A program made the position numbers and the translations under genes. Positions 13,344 through 25,650 of a stretch of DNA of 64,000 nucleotides are shown piece by piece (position 1 is the stretch's first letter; each line of letters begins with the position of its first letter). Below the pieces are notes generated by a model. The model was given only the letters and a program-made list of their open reading frames with translations, was not told where the DNA came from and searched no databases. Source of the stretch: Octopus vulgaris. Taxonomy: Eukaryota. The DNA is taken from the NCBI GenBank assembly GCA_951406725.2, contig OX597814.1:193626001-193690000 (forward strand), written 5' to 3'.

Positions 13344-13963
13344 CGAAGGATTGCTGAAAAGTTCCTGGCTTTAAGGGTATCACAAAAAGCTGGATTGGAG
13401 GCCCAACTTTCCGAGTTCTTTTACAGTCTTTAAACAAATCTGAAGGAAGGCTGTAATAAATGTGTGAATCTGAGGGGAGAATATACGGAATAAAATTATA
13501 GAGTGGCTGTGTGGTAAGTAGCTTGTTTACCAACCACATGGTTCCGGGTTCAGTCCCACTGCGTGGCATCTTGAGCAAGTGTCTTCTACTATAGCCTCGG
13601 GCCGACCAATGCCTTGTGAGTGGATTTGGTAGACGGAAACTGAAAGAAGCCCGTCGCATATACGTATATATATATATATATGCATATGTGTGTATGTTTG
13701 TGTGTCTGTGTTTGTCCCCCTAGCATTGCTTGACAACCGATGCTGGTGTGTTTATGTTACCGTAACTTAGCGGTTCGGCAAAAAGAGACCGATAGAATAA
13801 GTACTGGGCTTACAAAAGAATAAGTCCCGGGGTCGAGTTGCTCGACTAAAGGCGGTGCTCCAGCATGGCCACAGTCAAATGACTAAAACAAGTAAAAGAG
13901 TAAAAGAGTGATCCTCCGTTATATTCTTTTACCCAAAGCCAGGAACTTTTCAGCACCCTCTCG
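13344..13963 (+). mobile_element. mariner-derived MITE interrupted by an S1 SINE
   Basis: TA flanks; TIRs cgaaggattgctgaaaagttcctggct / agccaggaacttttcagcaccctctcg; internal relic KCVNLRGEYTE* resembles a mariner transposase C-terminus. Uninterrupted copy at 55677-55892. Confidence 0.8.
13501..13909 (+). mobile_element. SINE family S1, full length (tRNA-like head, CORE-like segment, internal microsatellite, GTAAAAGA tail)
   Basis: gagtggctgtgtggtaag (box A-like), gggttcagtccc (box B-like), cttgagcaagtgtc (CORE-like), (TA/TG)n core, repeated gtaaaaga tail. More than 12 related copies in the window. Confidence 0.9.
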
Positions 13964-14807
13964 TAATCCTACCAGTGCTGACTTTCCTTTCGATCCAACT
14001 AGATTCGATAAAAAACACATATTTATCATTTACAAAATGACCGAATTAAGGCAAGACTAACCCCTCTGACGTGGAAAACACCCCTAAATTGAAGATGTTC
14101 TCACTCAGTGGGAATAAAACTCAGGCAAGCCAAATATGGCATACATCAAGAACAATGTTAGTTCTATAAAAAAACATGATATTCAAATTTCCACATTATC
14201 TATTCATGACTTAATTATAAATTCAAAATGACCGATAAAGCAAACACACCCTTATTTTAGGTCAATTTTTCTACCAAACTATCAAGGATAATATACTCTA
14301 ACTTGGAATGCCAACAGATTGGGGTACAAACTAGATGCTGAATCAAAGACATTAATGATGTTGGCCTAGATTTCGTTCGTTGTGGAGTCGCTCATAGCCA
14401 TATGCAACAGTTAAAGCGTTTTTGACCCCTGGGTAATAGCATTCAAGTGTCTCTGAATGATGAACAAATAAAGTGTATCTAATCACACTAGAACAGCATC
14501 TAGGCAAGTATCAAAGTAATACACATGCAAAGTATCAGCCTATTACATCAATTATTATTGAAGATATCGTGACCTAAATATTACTACTCATAGTCAGAAA
14601 TATCATTTTGAGAAAAACGCAATAGACACTGGAAATGTTTGATTTTACAACAATGTCCAACTACACAAGGATGATATCCACATTTTAGTGAAATATTTGC
14701 AGTTTTGCACTGTCTAATAACGCTCAAAGGTATATCCTTTGCTATTTTTCTGAGATTTTGCTATCTGAGATCTGAGGTATTAGCCTTGCTTAAGTATTTA
14801 TGGGAAA

Positions 14808-15652
14808 CTAGCAGAATTGCCCGGCGTTGCTCGGGGCTGAATTGCTTGAAAGTACTGTTAATGATTGCACTGAATTATGATGATTATTCAGGCAAATATT
14901 GATATAAGCTTACGGTGGGAGATAAGGACTTAACGATCAAACGTGTGCCATTGCATTGTTTTGGGGGAACCAAATTTCTGATGAGCATTATAGGGCACCA
15001 ACTTTAAGTTTGAGAAAGTGTGGTGGTAGTCCGGGGTGCTCAAAGGAATTGAGTACCTCTATTGGATAGTTGATGACGTCCTCTGGGTCAGGAGTTGTAT
15101 CGATAGACTGATATACATAGACTTCCCCAGGAATGAGTTTTAGCATTTCATCATTAATATGGTGAACAGTTTTATTCCTCGGGGCCAGTATAGCCTTTTT
15201 GCCAATCCAATCCATATTCTGATAATTAGCTTGTAGATCTGGGAACACTGCATCTCTGAGATCAGAAGGCGTCTTAACAATGGTACAAATGGAATCGATG
15301 GCAATATTACCATTTTCATCCCCTGGTATTTTGCCTTCGCCAAGTGCAAGGAGGGTGTGAGGAAATGCTGCTGATGTGATATTACGTCGCATATGAGCAC
15401 GCATATTGGTGTGAAGTTTGAGAGTTACTTCCCTTTATCAAAAAAATATGCATTAAAATGGAAAAAAATGATGGTAAATTATTTGTAAAATCATAGACTC
15501 ATCGTAGACGCGCGCTAATACCCAGAAGGGCTCGATATGAATCACGACTATAAGATACCCGGTTTTGGTTAAACTGCATCGCAAAATGTGGGAGTAGTTA
15601 GGAATCTAAATCGGAGTAGACAGACACACAACCTTTCTTTTATATATAAATA
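14808..15652 (-). mobile_element. Internally deleted Helitron retaining a Pif1-helicase fragment
   Basis: Minus-strand 3' end ccgagcaacgccgggcaattctgCTAG|t; 5' end shared with 1514-1911; internal helicase-coding segment. Confidence 0.9.
14988..15423 (-). pseudogene. Helitron RepHel Pif1-like helicase fragment
   Basis: LKLHTNMRAH...LLALGEG...AILAPRNKTVHHIN...YPIEVLNS...GLPPHFLKLKVGA are characteristic Pif1/Helitron helicase C-terminal motifs. Truncated at both ends. Confidence 0.9.
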
Positions 15653-16630
15653 TTTTCGTCCTAAAAAACTTTGTATGGATTGAATGGTTACCTCTATGGA
15701 AATATATACACGCACATTATACATACATGTGTGTATAGATGAATATATAAATACATTTAAATATCTATATACACTTTTGGACGATCTTTCTGTTTCTTAG
15801 AGATAACTTTAGATCTTATTTTCGTGCTAAAAAACTTTGTATGGAGTGAATGGTTACCTCTATGGAAATATATACACACACGTTATACATACATGTGTGC
15901 ATAGATGAATACATAAATACATTTATATATCTATATACACTTTTGGGCGATCTCTGTGCTACTTAGAGATAACTTTAGATCTTATTTTCGTCCTAAAAAA
16001 CTTTGTGCGGAGTGAATGGTTACGTGTATGGAAATATATACACACACATTATACATACATCTGTGTATAGATGAATATATAAATACATTTAAATATCTAT
16101 ATACACTTTTGGGCGATCTTTCTGCTACTTGGATATAGGGGCGATGTTTCGCTTGTCGTAGCACACGTTTCCGTCGATTTCCGTAAAAAATGTAAACACT
16201 GAATCGGCCATACATACATACATACATACATACACACACACATACATACACACACACACACACATACATGCATACATACATATACACATAAACCGAGTAA
16301 AAAATTTCAGTTATCTCTCTCTTTCACACATTACTCTCTCTGTCTCTTCACACACACTAACAGAAGCACTTCACTTACACAACATACTGTCTGTCTCCCA
16401 CACCCCATCAAACACACACACACACGCGCGCACACACACACACATGTACATCAATGCTTCGGTAACTTCAAAAGAACTTCCCTCGTCATACAATCGCTTT
16501 CTCTTAGTCTCTTTCGCTCTCATTACTTATGTAAAAAAATAATAGTTTTTTACGGAAATCGACGGAAACCTGTGCTACGACAAGCGAAACATCGCCGATA
16601 TAGGTCTTATATTCGTCCTAAAAAACTTTC
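15651..16630. repeat. 166-bp tandem repeat (3 units plus a partial), third unit interrupted by a MITE
   Basis: tattttcgt(c/g)ctaaaaaactttg begins at 15651, 15817 and 15983, with a partial at about 16608. Confidence 0.9.
16140..16596. mobile_element. MITE, Merlin-like
   Basis: 51-bp TIRs (16140-16190, 16546-16596, one mismatch) starting GGCGA; exact 8-bp TSD GATATAGG at 16132-16139 and 16597-16604. Confidence 0.85.
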
Positions 16631-16669
16631 CTGTCACACACTCACGCACACGCACGCACACACACACAC

Positions 16670-16957
16670 TCTGATGAGCATTATAGGGCACCAACTTTAA
16701 GTTTGAGAAAGTGTGGTGGTAGTCCGGGGTGCTCAAAGGAATTGAGTACCTCTATTGGATAGTTGATGACGTCCTCTGGGTCAGGAGTTGTATCGATAGA
16801 CTGATATACATAGACTTCCCCAGGAATGAGTTTTAGCATTTCATCATTAATATGGTGAACAGTTTTATTCCTCGGGGCCAGTATAGCCTTTTTGCCAATC
16901 CAATCCATATTCTGATAATTAGCTTGTAGATCTGGGAACACTGCATCTCTGAGATCA
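16670..16957 (-). pseudogene. Duplicated 288-bp Helitron helicase fragment
   Basis: Appears identical to 14977-15264; same translation DLRDAVFPD...LKLKVGAL. Confidence 0.9.
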
Positions 16958-17397
16958 ACAAAACTATGACGAATCCAACACGCACCCTCACACACACACA
17001 CACGCACACACACACTCACACACACGCACGTTAGCTTACAATTTTATTTATATATTTGCGTGTCTATGTGTGTAAGGAGGAAGTGGCAGACTGAAAGAGT
17101 CACTCACTACAAAAGGTGAATTACTTTCATTTTATTTGTTGCACACAGTGTGTGTGCGTGTGCGTGTGCGTGTGGTGTAAACCACATTAAGAAAAGCATT
17201 TGACATACACACCAGAATGTGAGTTTTCTGTAAATTTTGCTTAATTGGAGTTTAAATTTTAAAAAGTGGACCTGGCAAAACCCGATGCATTCTACTCTTA
17301 ACAATGCTAAGTAAATTGTAATTGAAGAAATCCTATATTGTAGATTTCTATAACTGACAAAGGGAGGCAGATAAAATCTGCCTTTTATAATAAGAGA
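16958..17397 (-). mobile_element. Helitron-like 5' terminal fragments (two, ending near 17056 and 17397)
   Basis: Minus-strand atatataaataaaattgtaagc and a|TCtcttattataaaaggcag resemble Helitron 5' termini. No matching 3' ends of their own seen. Confidence 0.45.
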
Positions 17398-17861
17398 TAC
17401 TTTTTTAATGTGAGTGCTGCTGTACTCGGCTTCCTAATGCACAAGTTCATGTTTCTATCAGACGATAAAGCATCCTTATAGCTGTGTCGGCCTTTTCTAT
17501 AGCGACACCAGAGATGCTCAAGGCCAGCCATAGATGTGGGCGAGAAAACTCCGGTATCAGCACGAGCTTTATTGAGTCAGACATTGTGATGCTGAGCCAA
17601 ATGTTTCCAGTTTCCTCAATGCCTCATCTTTTGTGGCAAGAAGCTGGATTCAAAACTGATTTGAGTTTTCATCCCTTTACACAGTAAATGTCTTCTGTCA
17701 TATCCAGGGGTAGATCAACGCTTTCTGAGTAAAATTTGAGAGGAAAATAACAAGTGTGGAAACATCCTTGTTCTTGGGTGTAGAATAAAGGTTTTATTTT
17801 AACCTACACCCAAGTTTAAAGGCCCTGCTAAATATTTCTAAAGAATGGCTGTGTGGCAAGT

Positions 17862-18495
17862 CCGCAGGAGTGACTGTGTGGTAAGTAGCTTGCTTACAAA
17901 CCACATGGTTCCGAGTTCGTTCCCACTGCGTGGTACCTTGGGCAAGTGTCTTCTACTATAGCCTCGGGCCTACCAAAGCCTTGTGAGTGGATTTGGTAGA
18001 CGGAAACAGAAAGAAGCCCGTTGTATATATGTATGTGTTTATATATGTTTGTGTGTGTGCTTGTCCCCCCTTCCAACATCACTTGACAACCTATTTCTTT
18101 ATTACCCACAAGGGGCTAAACATAGAGGGGACAAACGAGGACAGACATAGGTATTATGTCGATTACATCGACCCCAGTGCGTAACTGGTACTTAATTTAT
18201 CGACCCCGAAAGGATGAAAGGCAAAGTCGACCTCGGCGGAATTTGAACTCACAACGTAACGGCAGACGAAGTACCGCAAAGCATTTCGCCCGGTGTGCTA
18301 ACGCTTCTGCTAGCTCGCCACCTTACTTGGCAACCGATGCTGGTGTCCCCGTGACTTGGCGGTTCGGCAAAAGAGACCGATAGAATATGTACTAGGCTTA
18401 CAAAGAATAAGTCCTGGGGTCGATTTGCTCGACTAAAGGCGGTGCTCCAGCATGGCCACAGTCAAATGACTGAAACAAATAAAAGATTAAAAGAG
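17862..18495 (+). mobile_element. SINE S1 interrupted by an antisense S2 copy
   Basis: S1 head and core, break at 18091, resumes after the duplicated target. Confidence 0.9.
18092..18324 (-). mobile_element. SINE S2 (B tail) nested in S1
   Basis: 11-bp TSD acttgacaacc (18081-18091) / acttggcaacc (18325-18335). Confidence 0.9.
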
Positions 18496-18672
18496 ATACC
18501 TATGAGAATTTTTGATGAACCTATTCAGTTGGAAGTGTTTGGGAAATGTTTCCTGTGTGAGAATATCTTTCCTTCTTTCATCGACTTCAGAAAGTCTAAA
18601 GAAGATAATGGGAGATTCTCTCCTTCTTACTTGTCTAAGCCACGTTCGCGCGCATGCATGCATATATATGTA

Positions 18673-19830
18673 ATAGCAAACGCACCCGTCCTTTGGACGG
18701 TTTAAGTCGCTTAGCTGGTACTTTTTTCACCAAATTATTGAACTACCTAGAAAGTTTATGAGTAGCACGGCAATCTATGTTTCCGATTATAGAAACGGAA
18801 AATGAAATTGAAGGCTGGTTATTGTGGAGGTCGTTACACTTTAATGATTATAGAACATATAAGTTTCCAAGCGATGCAAAATAGAGCTACTGAAGTGTTT
18901 TGGGAGTAGATTACGACGTTTTGCAAACAAAACATACCTAGATAGATTACAGATAATGATTACAAAATATAGTTGTTTTACATGAAAGCGAAATTTCTTG
19001 CCAGAAACAGCCACATAAATGGTGAAAGGAAATTGAAGGAAGACGTTGAAACTTCCCCTCTGCGAGTTTATTTTATTCAACAGCAAAGGGAGCTATTTTT
19101 CGGAGAGATAAGCTAACAAAAGCCCCCTTTATTCTGTCTTCACACATAGCATGCGATTAAACTAAAAGCGTATGCCGCATAAAGTTAAATTGGTATGAAG
19201 CTTTCTGAAAGATACGTAGAGCTTTCGCTAGTGGAAGCAAAACTCTTAGTTAAAGGTTGATTCTTCTGGACGAATAATGTGTGATAGTTTGAAAAGGGCT
19301 AGAACAACAATGCTAAAACGTATTTGAAACAATGGACAACAGTCGAAATATCACAATGGATGGGTAAATAAGCATCTTTAAAATGAAACAACGGTATCAA
19401 AAGTAAACAAAGGTATCAACAAATATAAGAGAGAGAAGGGAACATCACCTTTCAAGTAACTCAGAATAGGTAAAGGTAAGGTTGCCAAAGTGTAATGCAG
19501 TTTAAATATGTAGATTAAGATTAAGTTTGGTATTGGATATTCATCGCGTATAGTGTTCGTAGTCAACTGAATCACCGTCGTAGGTAGACAGCGGAAACAG
19601 ACAAAATCCTTCCACTTTTATAAACAATTTTAAAAGTATGGAAAATCCCTCATGCGAAAGAATTATATCCATTTACATCCATTTACGCGGGATCTCTGGG
19701 GTAAAATGTTATAGTGCATGGCCATCGTTGGGACATAAGTAATCTATACGTAAAGTTTGGTGAAAATCAGTTGAGAATTGTGGAAATGTATGCGTTAGTC
19801 ATTCTACACACACATACTGCGATTTATATA

Positions 19831-19835
<5 letters not shown>
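18673..19835 (-). mobile_element. Non-autonomous Helitron (about 1.16 kb)
   Basis: Hairpin ccgtcc-ttt-ggacgg (18686-18700) close to a CTAG-like end (reads CTAT on minus); Helitron-style 5' end tagtatatataaatcgc near 19835. Confidence 0.55.
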
Positions 19836-19870
<35 letters not shown>

Positions 19871-19882
19871 ATGGAGAGAGAA

Positions 19883-19969
<87 letters not shown>

Positions 19970-20249
19970 CTTGGTATACTATGTTTAGTTAAGTCGCTCT
20001 TGTGTGCTATGGTAATATGCAATTCAATACCTGTTGCATGTACTAAAGCCTGTTAGTGAGTGGGGTGGTTTGTGGCACCCTTCAGGGGGAAACCAGATTA
20101 GTCAAAGGGAGGATGAACTCGAGAAAGCCGATGGCTATTCAAATACGTGATATATATATATGCGCGAGAACTTTCTGGCTTGGCACCCAGGTGCCAGGGT
20201 AGCTTAGACTCAAAACTATGACGAATCCAACAAAGCCAGGAGAAAAAGA

Positions 20250-20599
20250 ACTCTTCTACTATAGCCTCGGACCGACCAAAGCCTTGTGAGTGGATTTGGT
20301 AGATGGAAACTAAAAGAAGCCCGTCGTATATATGTATATATATATATATATATGTGTGTATGTGTGTGTGTGTGTGATTGTGTGTGTGTGTGTGAGTGTA
20401 TGTTTGTTCCCATAAGATCGCTTGAGAACCGATGCTGGTGTGTTTACGTCCCCGTAACTTAGCGGTTCGGCAAAAGAGAACGATAGAATAAGTACTAGCC
20501 TTACAAAGAATAAGTCCTAGGGTCGATTTGCTCCACTAAAAGCGGTGATCCAGCATGGCCAAAGTCAAATGACTGAAAAAAGTAAAAGAGTAAAAGAGT
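20250..20599 (+). mobile_element. SINE S1, 5'-truncated
   Basis: tcttctactatagcctcgg through gtaaaagagtaaaagagt. Confidence 0.9.
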
Positions 20600-20600
20600 A

Positions 20601-20644
<44 letters not shown>

Positions 20645-20950
20645 TAGGCACTGTGGACTATGTTGTTAATCTGGTCTGTCTCGTATACAAATGATGCCAA
20701 ATAGTTGTCGTCTTTATAAATATGCATGAAATCCTCGTCATCATCATCATCATCATCATCATCATCAGAAGCAGCAGCAGTTACTGCAGCAACAGCAACA
20801 ACCACAGCAGCATCAGTAGCACCAGCAGCACCAACATCATCAGTATCATCATTACTATTGCAACAACTCCACTACAACCATCATCATCGTCCATTGCACC
20901 ACCACCACTACCATCACCATCACCATGATAATGATCATGATCAGCCTCAG

Positions 20951-20998
<48 letters not shown>

Positions 20999-21519
20999 TA
21001 TCATTATCATTATCATCATCATCACAATTATTATTGCCGTCGTCGTCGTCGTCGTCAGTAAGCATAATTCCCACAGAAAACCAAACTCTTGACAATGACA
21101 CGAAGGCCAGGAAGTAGCAAGCTACTCCTTCCTACGCCGTTCCCCGTCCGTGCCCACTCCCACACAGTCGAACTGTGTCACAGACCGTTTAATCTGTTCG
21201 GAGTAATTAGTGCACGGAAAGAAAAAGGAGCAAAAGAGCTGACAAATTTATGATTCGCCACACACGATTCTCTTCAGCCGTACACCTCTCTATCTCTTTC
21301 TCTCCTCTTCACTCTCATATATATGTATGTATGTATGCATATATGCATACCTGTGTATATATATATATACATACATATGTACATGCGGGGGGGTTATATA
21401 TATATGTGTGTGTGTGTGTGCACATATACACACATTTCAACATCTCTCAGCTAAACACGACATGGTTCCGAACACTGGTGGGGGACCGATAATGCGTTAA
21501 ATATTGCCCCCGTTATATA

Positions 21520-21649
<130 letters not shown>

Positions 21650-21829
21650 CGCATATTGTTCGAGAATCAAATCATTTTCTCCCATTACCATTAATGTAAA
21701 AGAGTTTAATACGTTTCGAAGCAGCAGATGAATGCTTATTGACATTCTTATATTATATGTTTTAGTATTAAAACGTTTATTCAAACTGTAAATAACACAC
21801 AAAATGGGTTATTTCTTAGAAGGGGAGTC

Positions 21830-23220
21830 CTCTTCCATAAAAACGTCTAGTAACTGTCTTTCGGGGCTTTCTTTCCTTCTCTGTCTCTTTGGCTCAGGTA
21901 AATTTTTCTCTGGGGTTTCTTTTCTTTTTTCTCTCAGTAAAAACCTGTCCAATGTTAGTTACTTTTGCCTGCGTTGTAAAATTTTTCTAACATGAGACAT
22001 GACATTGTCATTGAAAAGGTTTACTGCTCTATTTGAGACCGCTGTATCAGGGTGATATTTTCCCATAAAACTTTGCACATCACCCCATTCAGCACAAATT
22101 TCTTTTATTAAAAAACTTGGGACATCCTCCTTTCCTTCTTCCTCGTCAGAATACATTTCCTCAGCCAAAGTCTTTTGCTGTTCATTTTGAAAGTCTACGA
22201 GCTCTTCAGTGGTAAGCTCTGTACGGTAGTCTTCCACCAGCTCTTCGATATCGTCATTGTCGACATCCAAACCCATAGTTTTTCCCATTGAGCCAATATC
22301 ATCAACAATAGCAATTTCCTCGACAACAGCAGTACTTGTAGCTGTCTCAAACCCCTCAAAGTCTCGTTCTGGTACAAAGTCTGGCCATAGTTTCCTCCTT
22401 GCTGAATTCATGGTTCTGTAACTCACTTGGTTCCATGCATTCAGGATATTGAAATGATTTTTCCAAAATCCTCTCAGAATTAACTGAGTGTCATTAGTGA
22501 CTTAAAAACACGTTCGAAACAGAGCTCTTATGTAAAGTTTCTTAAAGTTTGCATTGGCCTGTTGGTCTATTGGTTGTTGTAGTGTTAGTGGTGTTATGGG
22601 CTGTGATGAGCTATGTTGTGTTGGTGGGGAGGATTGCAGATGAGGTAAAATGGAAGTGAAGACTGCAGGGGCCGGCGGAAGAGCCACAGGGGCATGCGTG
22701 GGCAGGAAGCATGTGTGGTCAGTTCGAGCAGAGACGGCAGCGAGTAAAGACGTGTTTATTTCTTGAGAGTGACCGCTCATTCCGCCGAGGCCAACAGGTA
22801 AGGCCCTTTGTATTTCTTTCTCGCGTTTGCTTCTTTTTCTGTTGTCCTTTTCCTCCATCACACTACAGTTGTATTAGAAGAGTATTTGACCCGAATAAAA
22901 TCAAACTCTTCAACTAAGTCATTTTCCAAACCTGGAGGTACAGCGGGAGTATTGTCTAACACGAGAAGGCATTTTAGCGGTAAGTTTTTTTTCTTGTAGA
23001 TATTTTTAACAATCGGGGCAAAAACTTTATGAATCCACTCAATAAAAATTGTCTGGTTACCCAGGCCCTCGTATTAACCCGCCACATAACAGGTACTTTA
23101 CTCGTCATAACATTGTTTCTTTTGAAAACACCCGGATTACCGGAATGGTAAACAAGCAATGGCTTGACCTTGAAATCGCCACTTGCGTTGCCGCTAATGA
23201 ATGCTGACATTTCCGATGGC
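21830..23220 (-). pseudogene. Tigger/pogo-family DDE transposase relic
   Basis: GNASGDFKVKPLLVYHS, VMWRVNTRAWVT, CLLVLDN, QPIDQ...NFKKLY, WPDFVPERDFEGF, ELTTEEL, RKILQRRQK across frameshifts. Foreign insert at about 22600-22865. Confidence 0.85.
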
Positions 23221-24104
23221 ATGCAGGTATCGATGAATGGTTGAATGACCAAATCCAAACATTTCTTGTGCCTTTACGTTTTGAGTTCAAATTCCGCTAA
23301 GCTCCACTCTTCGTCCTAAAGGAGCCGATGAAATAAGTACCAGCTGTAATCGATCTATCACCTCCCCAAAATTGCTGGCCTTGTGCCAAAATCTGAAATT
23401 GATATTATTAATGAATGCAACGCGGCAAGCTTGCAGAATCGTTAACGGCATTTCACCAGTCCTCACGCTCTGAGTTCAAATTCTGCCGAGGACGACTTAG
23501 CCTTTCATCCTTTCGGAGTCGATAAAATAATACCAGTCAAGTACTGAAGGAGTTCTAATTGACTTCCTTCATTCCCCCGAAATTACTGATCTCGCCATCA
23601 AGGGAATTGAGGTTGTCACCGGATTTCTGAAGATAACCAGAACGAATATGCATGCATGTGTGCGTGCGCGTGTGTGTATGTGTGTGTGTGTGTGTATGAA
23701 TGTGTGTTTGTAAAGTTGTGGCTATGCATGCGTACTTGTGTAGTTTCATATCTGTGTGTGCGTGTGTGTCTCTGTGTGTGTGTATCTGTGTGCGTGTGTG
23801 TGTGTGCGTGTATAAATGTCTGTGTGTGTATATGTATCAATGCGTGTGTTTCTATAGATATGAATAAACTATACGTTCTTTCGCGTGCAGGCGTGCGAGT
23901 GCGCGCGTATGGGTGAAAGTGTGTACGTGTGCATTGTAAATAATTTCGTGCATGTATTTGTAAGTACGTGTATACATATCTCTGTCAGTGTGATATGCTC
24001 TGAGTTTGTGTGTGTGTGTGTGTGTGTGTGTGCACGCGCGTGTGTGTTGTAAGACGATCTAACAATCAAAATTGAAATTAAACTTGGGTTCATAACAAAC
24101 CATC

Positions 24105-24143
24105 AGCTGCTGCTGCTCCTGTTGTTATTGCTACTGTTGCTGT

Positions 24144-24190
<47 letters not shown>

Positions 24191-24191
24191 T

Positions 24192-24256
<65 letters not shown>

Positions 24257-24288
24257 TTGCTGCTGCTGCTGTTGCTGGTGTTACTGTT
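24105..24288. repeat. (CTG/TTG)n trinucleotide repeat
   Basis: Directly visible. Confidence 0.95.
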
Positions 24289-24777
24289 AAAATTTAAAAA
24301 AACAGTTTATTTTCTGTCTAACCACGCTGTGAAAAATGTTATTCAAACCTTGAACCCAGAATCAGTGTAATGTCTAACCGATGTCTCCTTTTTAATGCAT
24401 TGCCAGTCAGGAAACTGTACCTGGTGAACTAAACTGGAAGCAAGGACATCAAACTCAGGAAAGTCAATGAACAAACCTTTACACGACCATTCTACCTGCT
24501 AATAATAGCAGCTATTTTTCCCTCGATCAATATCAATTTTTGTTTTGGTTTCTTTTTTAGTACCTGAGTCTTTAGTGGGATGTAGGAAATACCCATGACC
24601 CTTTGCAGGCTTTCATAGTCCACTAAGTTGATCAATTTAAACCACTGCTGCTCAACGAATGTTTTTACCTATGGTCCCTTTTAATTCCTATTTTACTCGG
24701 ATGGACCCTCCTAAAGATTCAATATCCTGTTACAATTTTATAATTAAATATTATTAGGGATTGTTTTAAAAATTGCT

Positions 24778-24830
<53 letters not shown>

Positions 24831-24867
24831 TTTCTAGGAAATGGATGCGGCGCGTTCAACTGAATAA

Positions 24868-25201
24868 TCTCTATATATATAAACGGCAAAAGGTATGTCT
24901 GTGTGTGTGTGTCCTTTATACAAATCCACAATTTTTCAGTTAGAGGGCTCGCACTTTCTATGGTCATTCAAAACCATCCAAGGGTGGTTGTGCACATCTT
25001 TACATTTCCTCAGTCACCCTGCAAAGCCATTAAAAAATCAATAGAAGTGATTTTCGGTGAATTTTCTATCCCAAACCCAATCAAAATGCCCGAAACTTGA
25101 TACGCCAATTGAATGCCAACTAGCTGTATTTTATTGGTCGGGGATTTGGACAGTACTCGCGTGTATGTGCGCATGCACGCAGCTGTATATGCATGCACTA
25201 G
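24868..25201 (+). mobile_element. Non-autonomous Helitron-like element
   Basis: a|TCtctatatatataaacggc start; gcatgca...tgcatgc hairpin then CTAG at 25198-25201 (followed by C rather than T). Confidence 0.55.
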
Positions 25202-25245
25202 CATAATATTATAATATTATATATATATATATACACACACACATG

Positions 25246-25650
25246 CATATATGGGTACAGGACGTCACCAACGGTGGAAATAACAAGCAATACGTAAACA
25301 GAGAGAAAGAAATGCAGCACAAGTAAGCACAGCGAAAGGAACCTTCACCAGTTGTCGGCTGTCTATCTACTCCTAATTTCGAGCATTCAACGGCAATAGG
25401 AATCTTCAAAGACAGTTGCTCCTATACATTCTAAAATAGAATTTAAGATTTACGGAGGGTCAAATTTGGGAACAAAAACATGACAGTGGAGGCATACAAG
25501 GAAACCGAACGAAAACAAACATGGAGGGCCGTTAGACCAGAATGAGAGGAAAATAGTGAACGCTGGGAGAAACGCCTTTGTTTTTTTTGAAATGAGAAAA
25601 TATTGAAGAGAGAGAGAAAAAAACACGGCGGCTCTTTCGAACGTCTGTGC
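25246..25650 (-). mobile_element. Dispersed repeat, possibly pLTR-like
   Basis: The end tgcatatatgggtacaggacgtcaccaac recurs inverted at about 32660-32692; 25581-25650 recurs inverted at 26025-26095; a degenerate ctgtct-TTGAAGA...GAAA...agacag motif lies on minus. Confidence 0.45.

Noticed and set aside
21700-21745. Hammerhead on the minus strand (aagca...tgctt-cGAAACGTA)
   Set aside because: No CTGANGA-like 5' core.
24105-24288. Poly-glutamine exon on the minus strand
   Set aside because: No flanking coding context; indistinguishable from the other trinucleotide tracts here.
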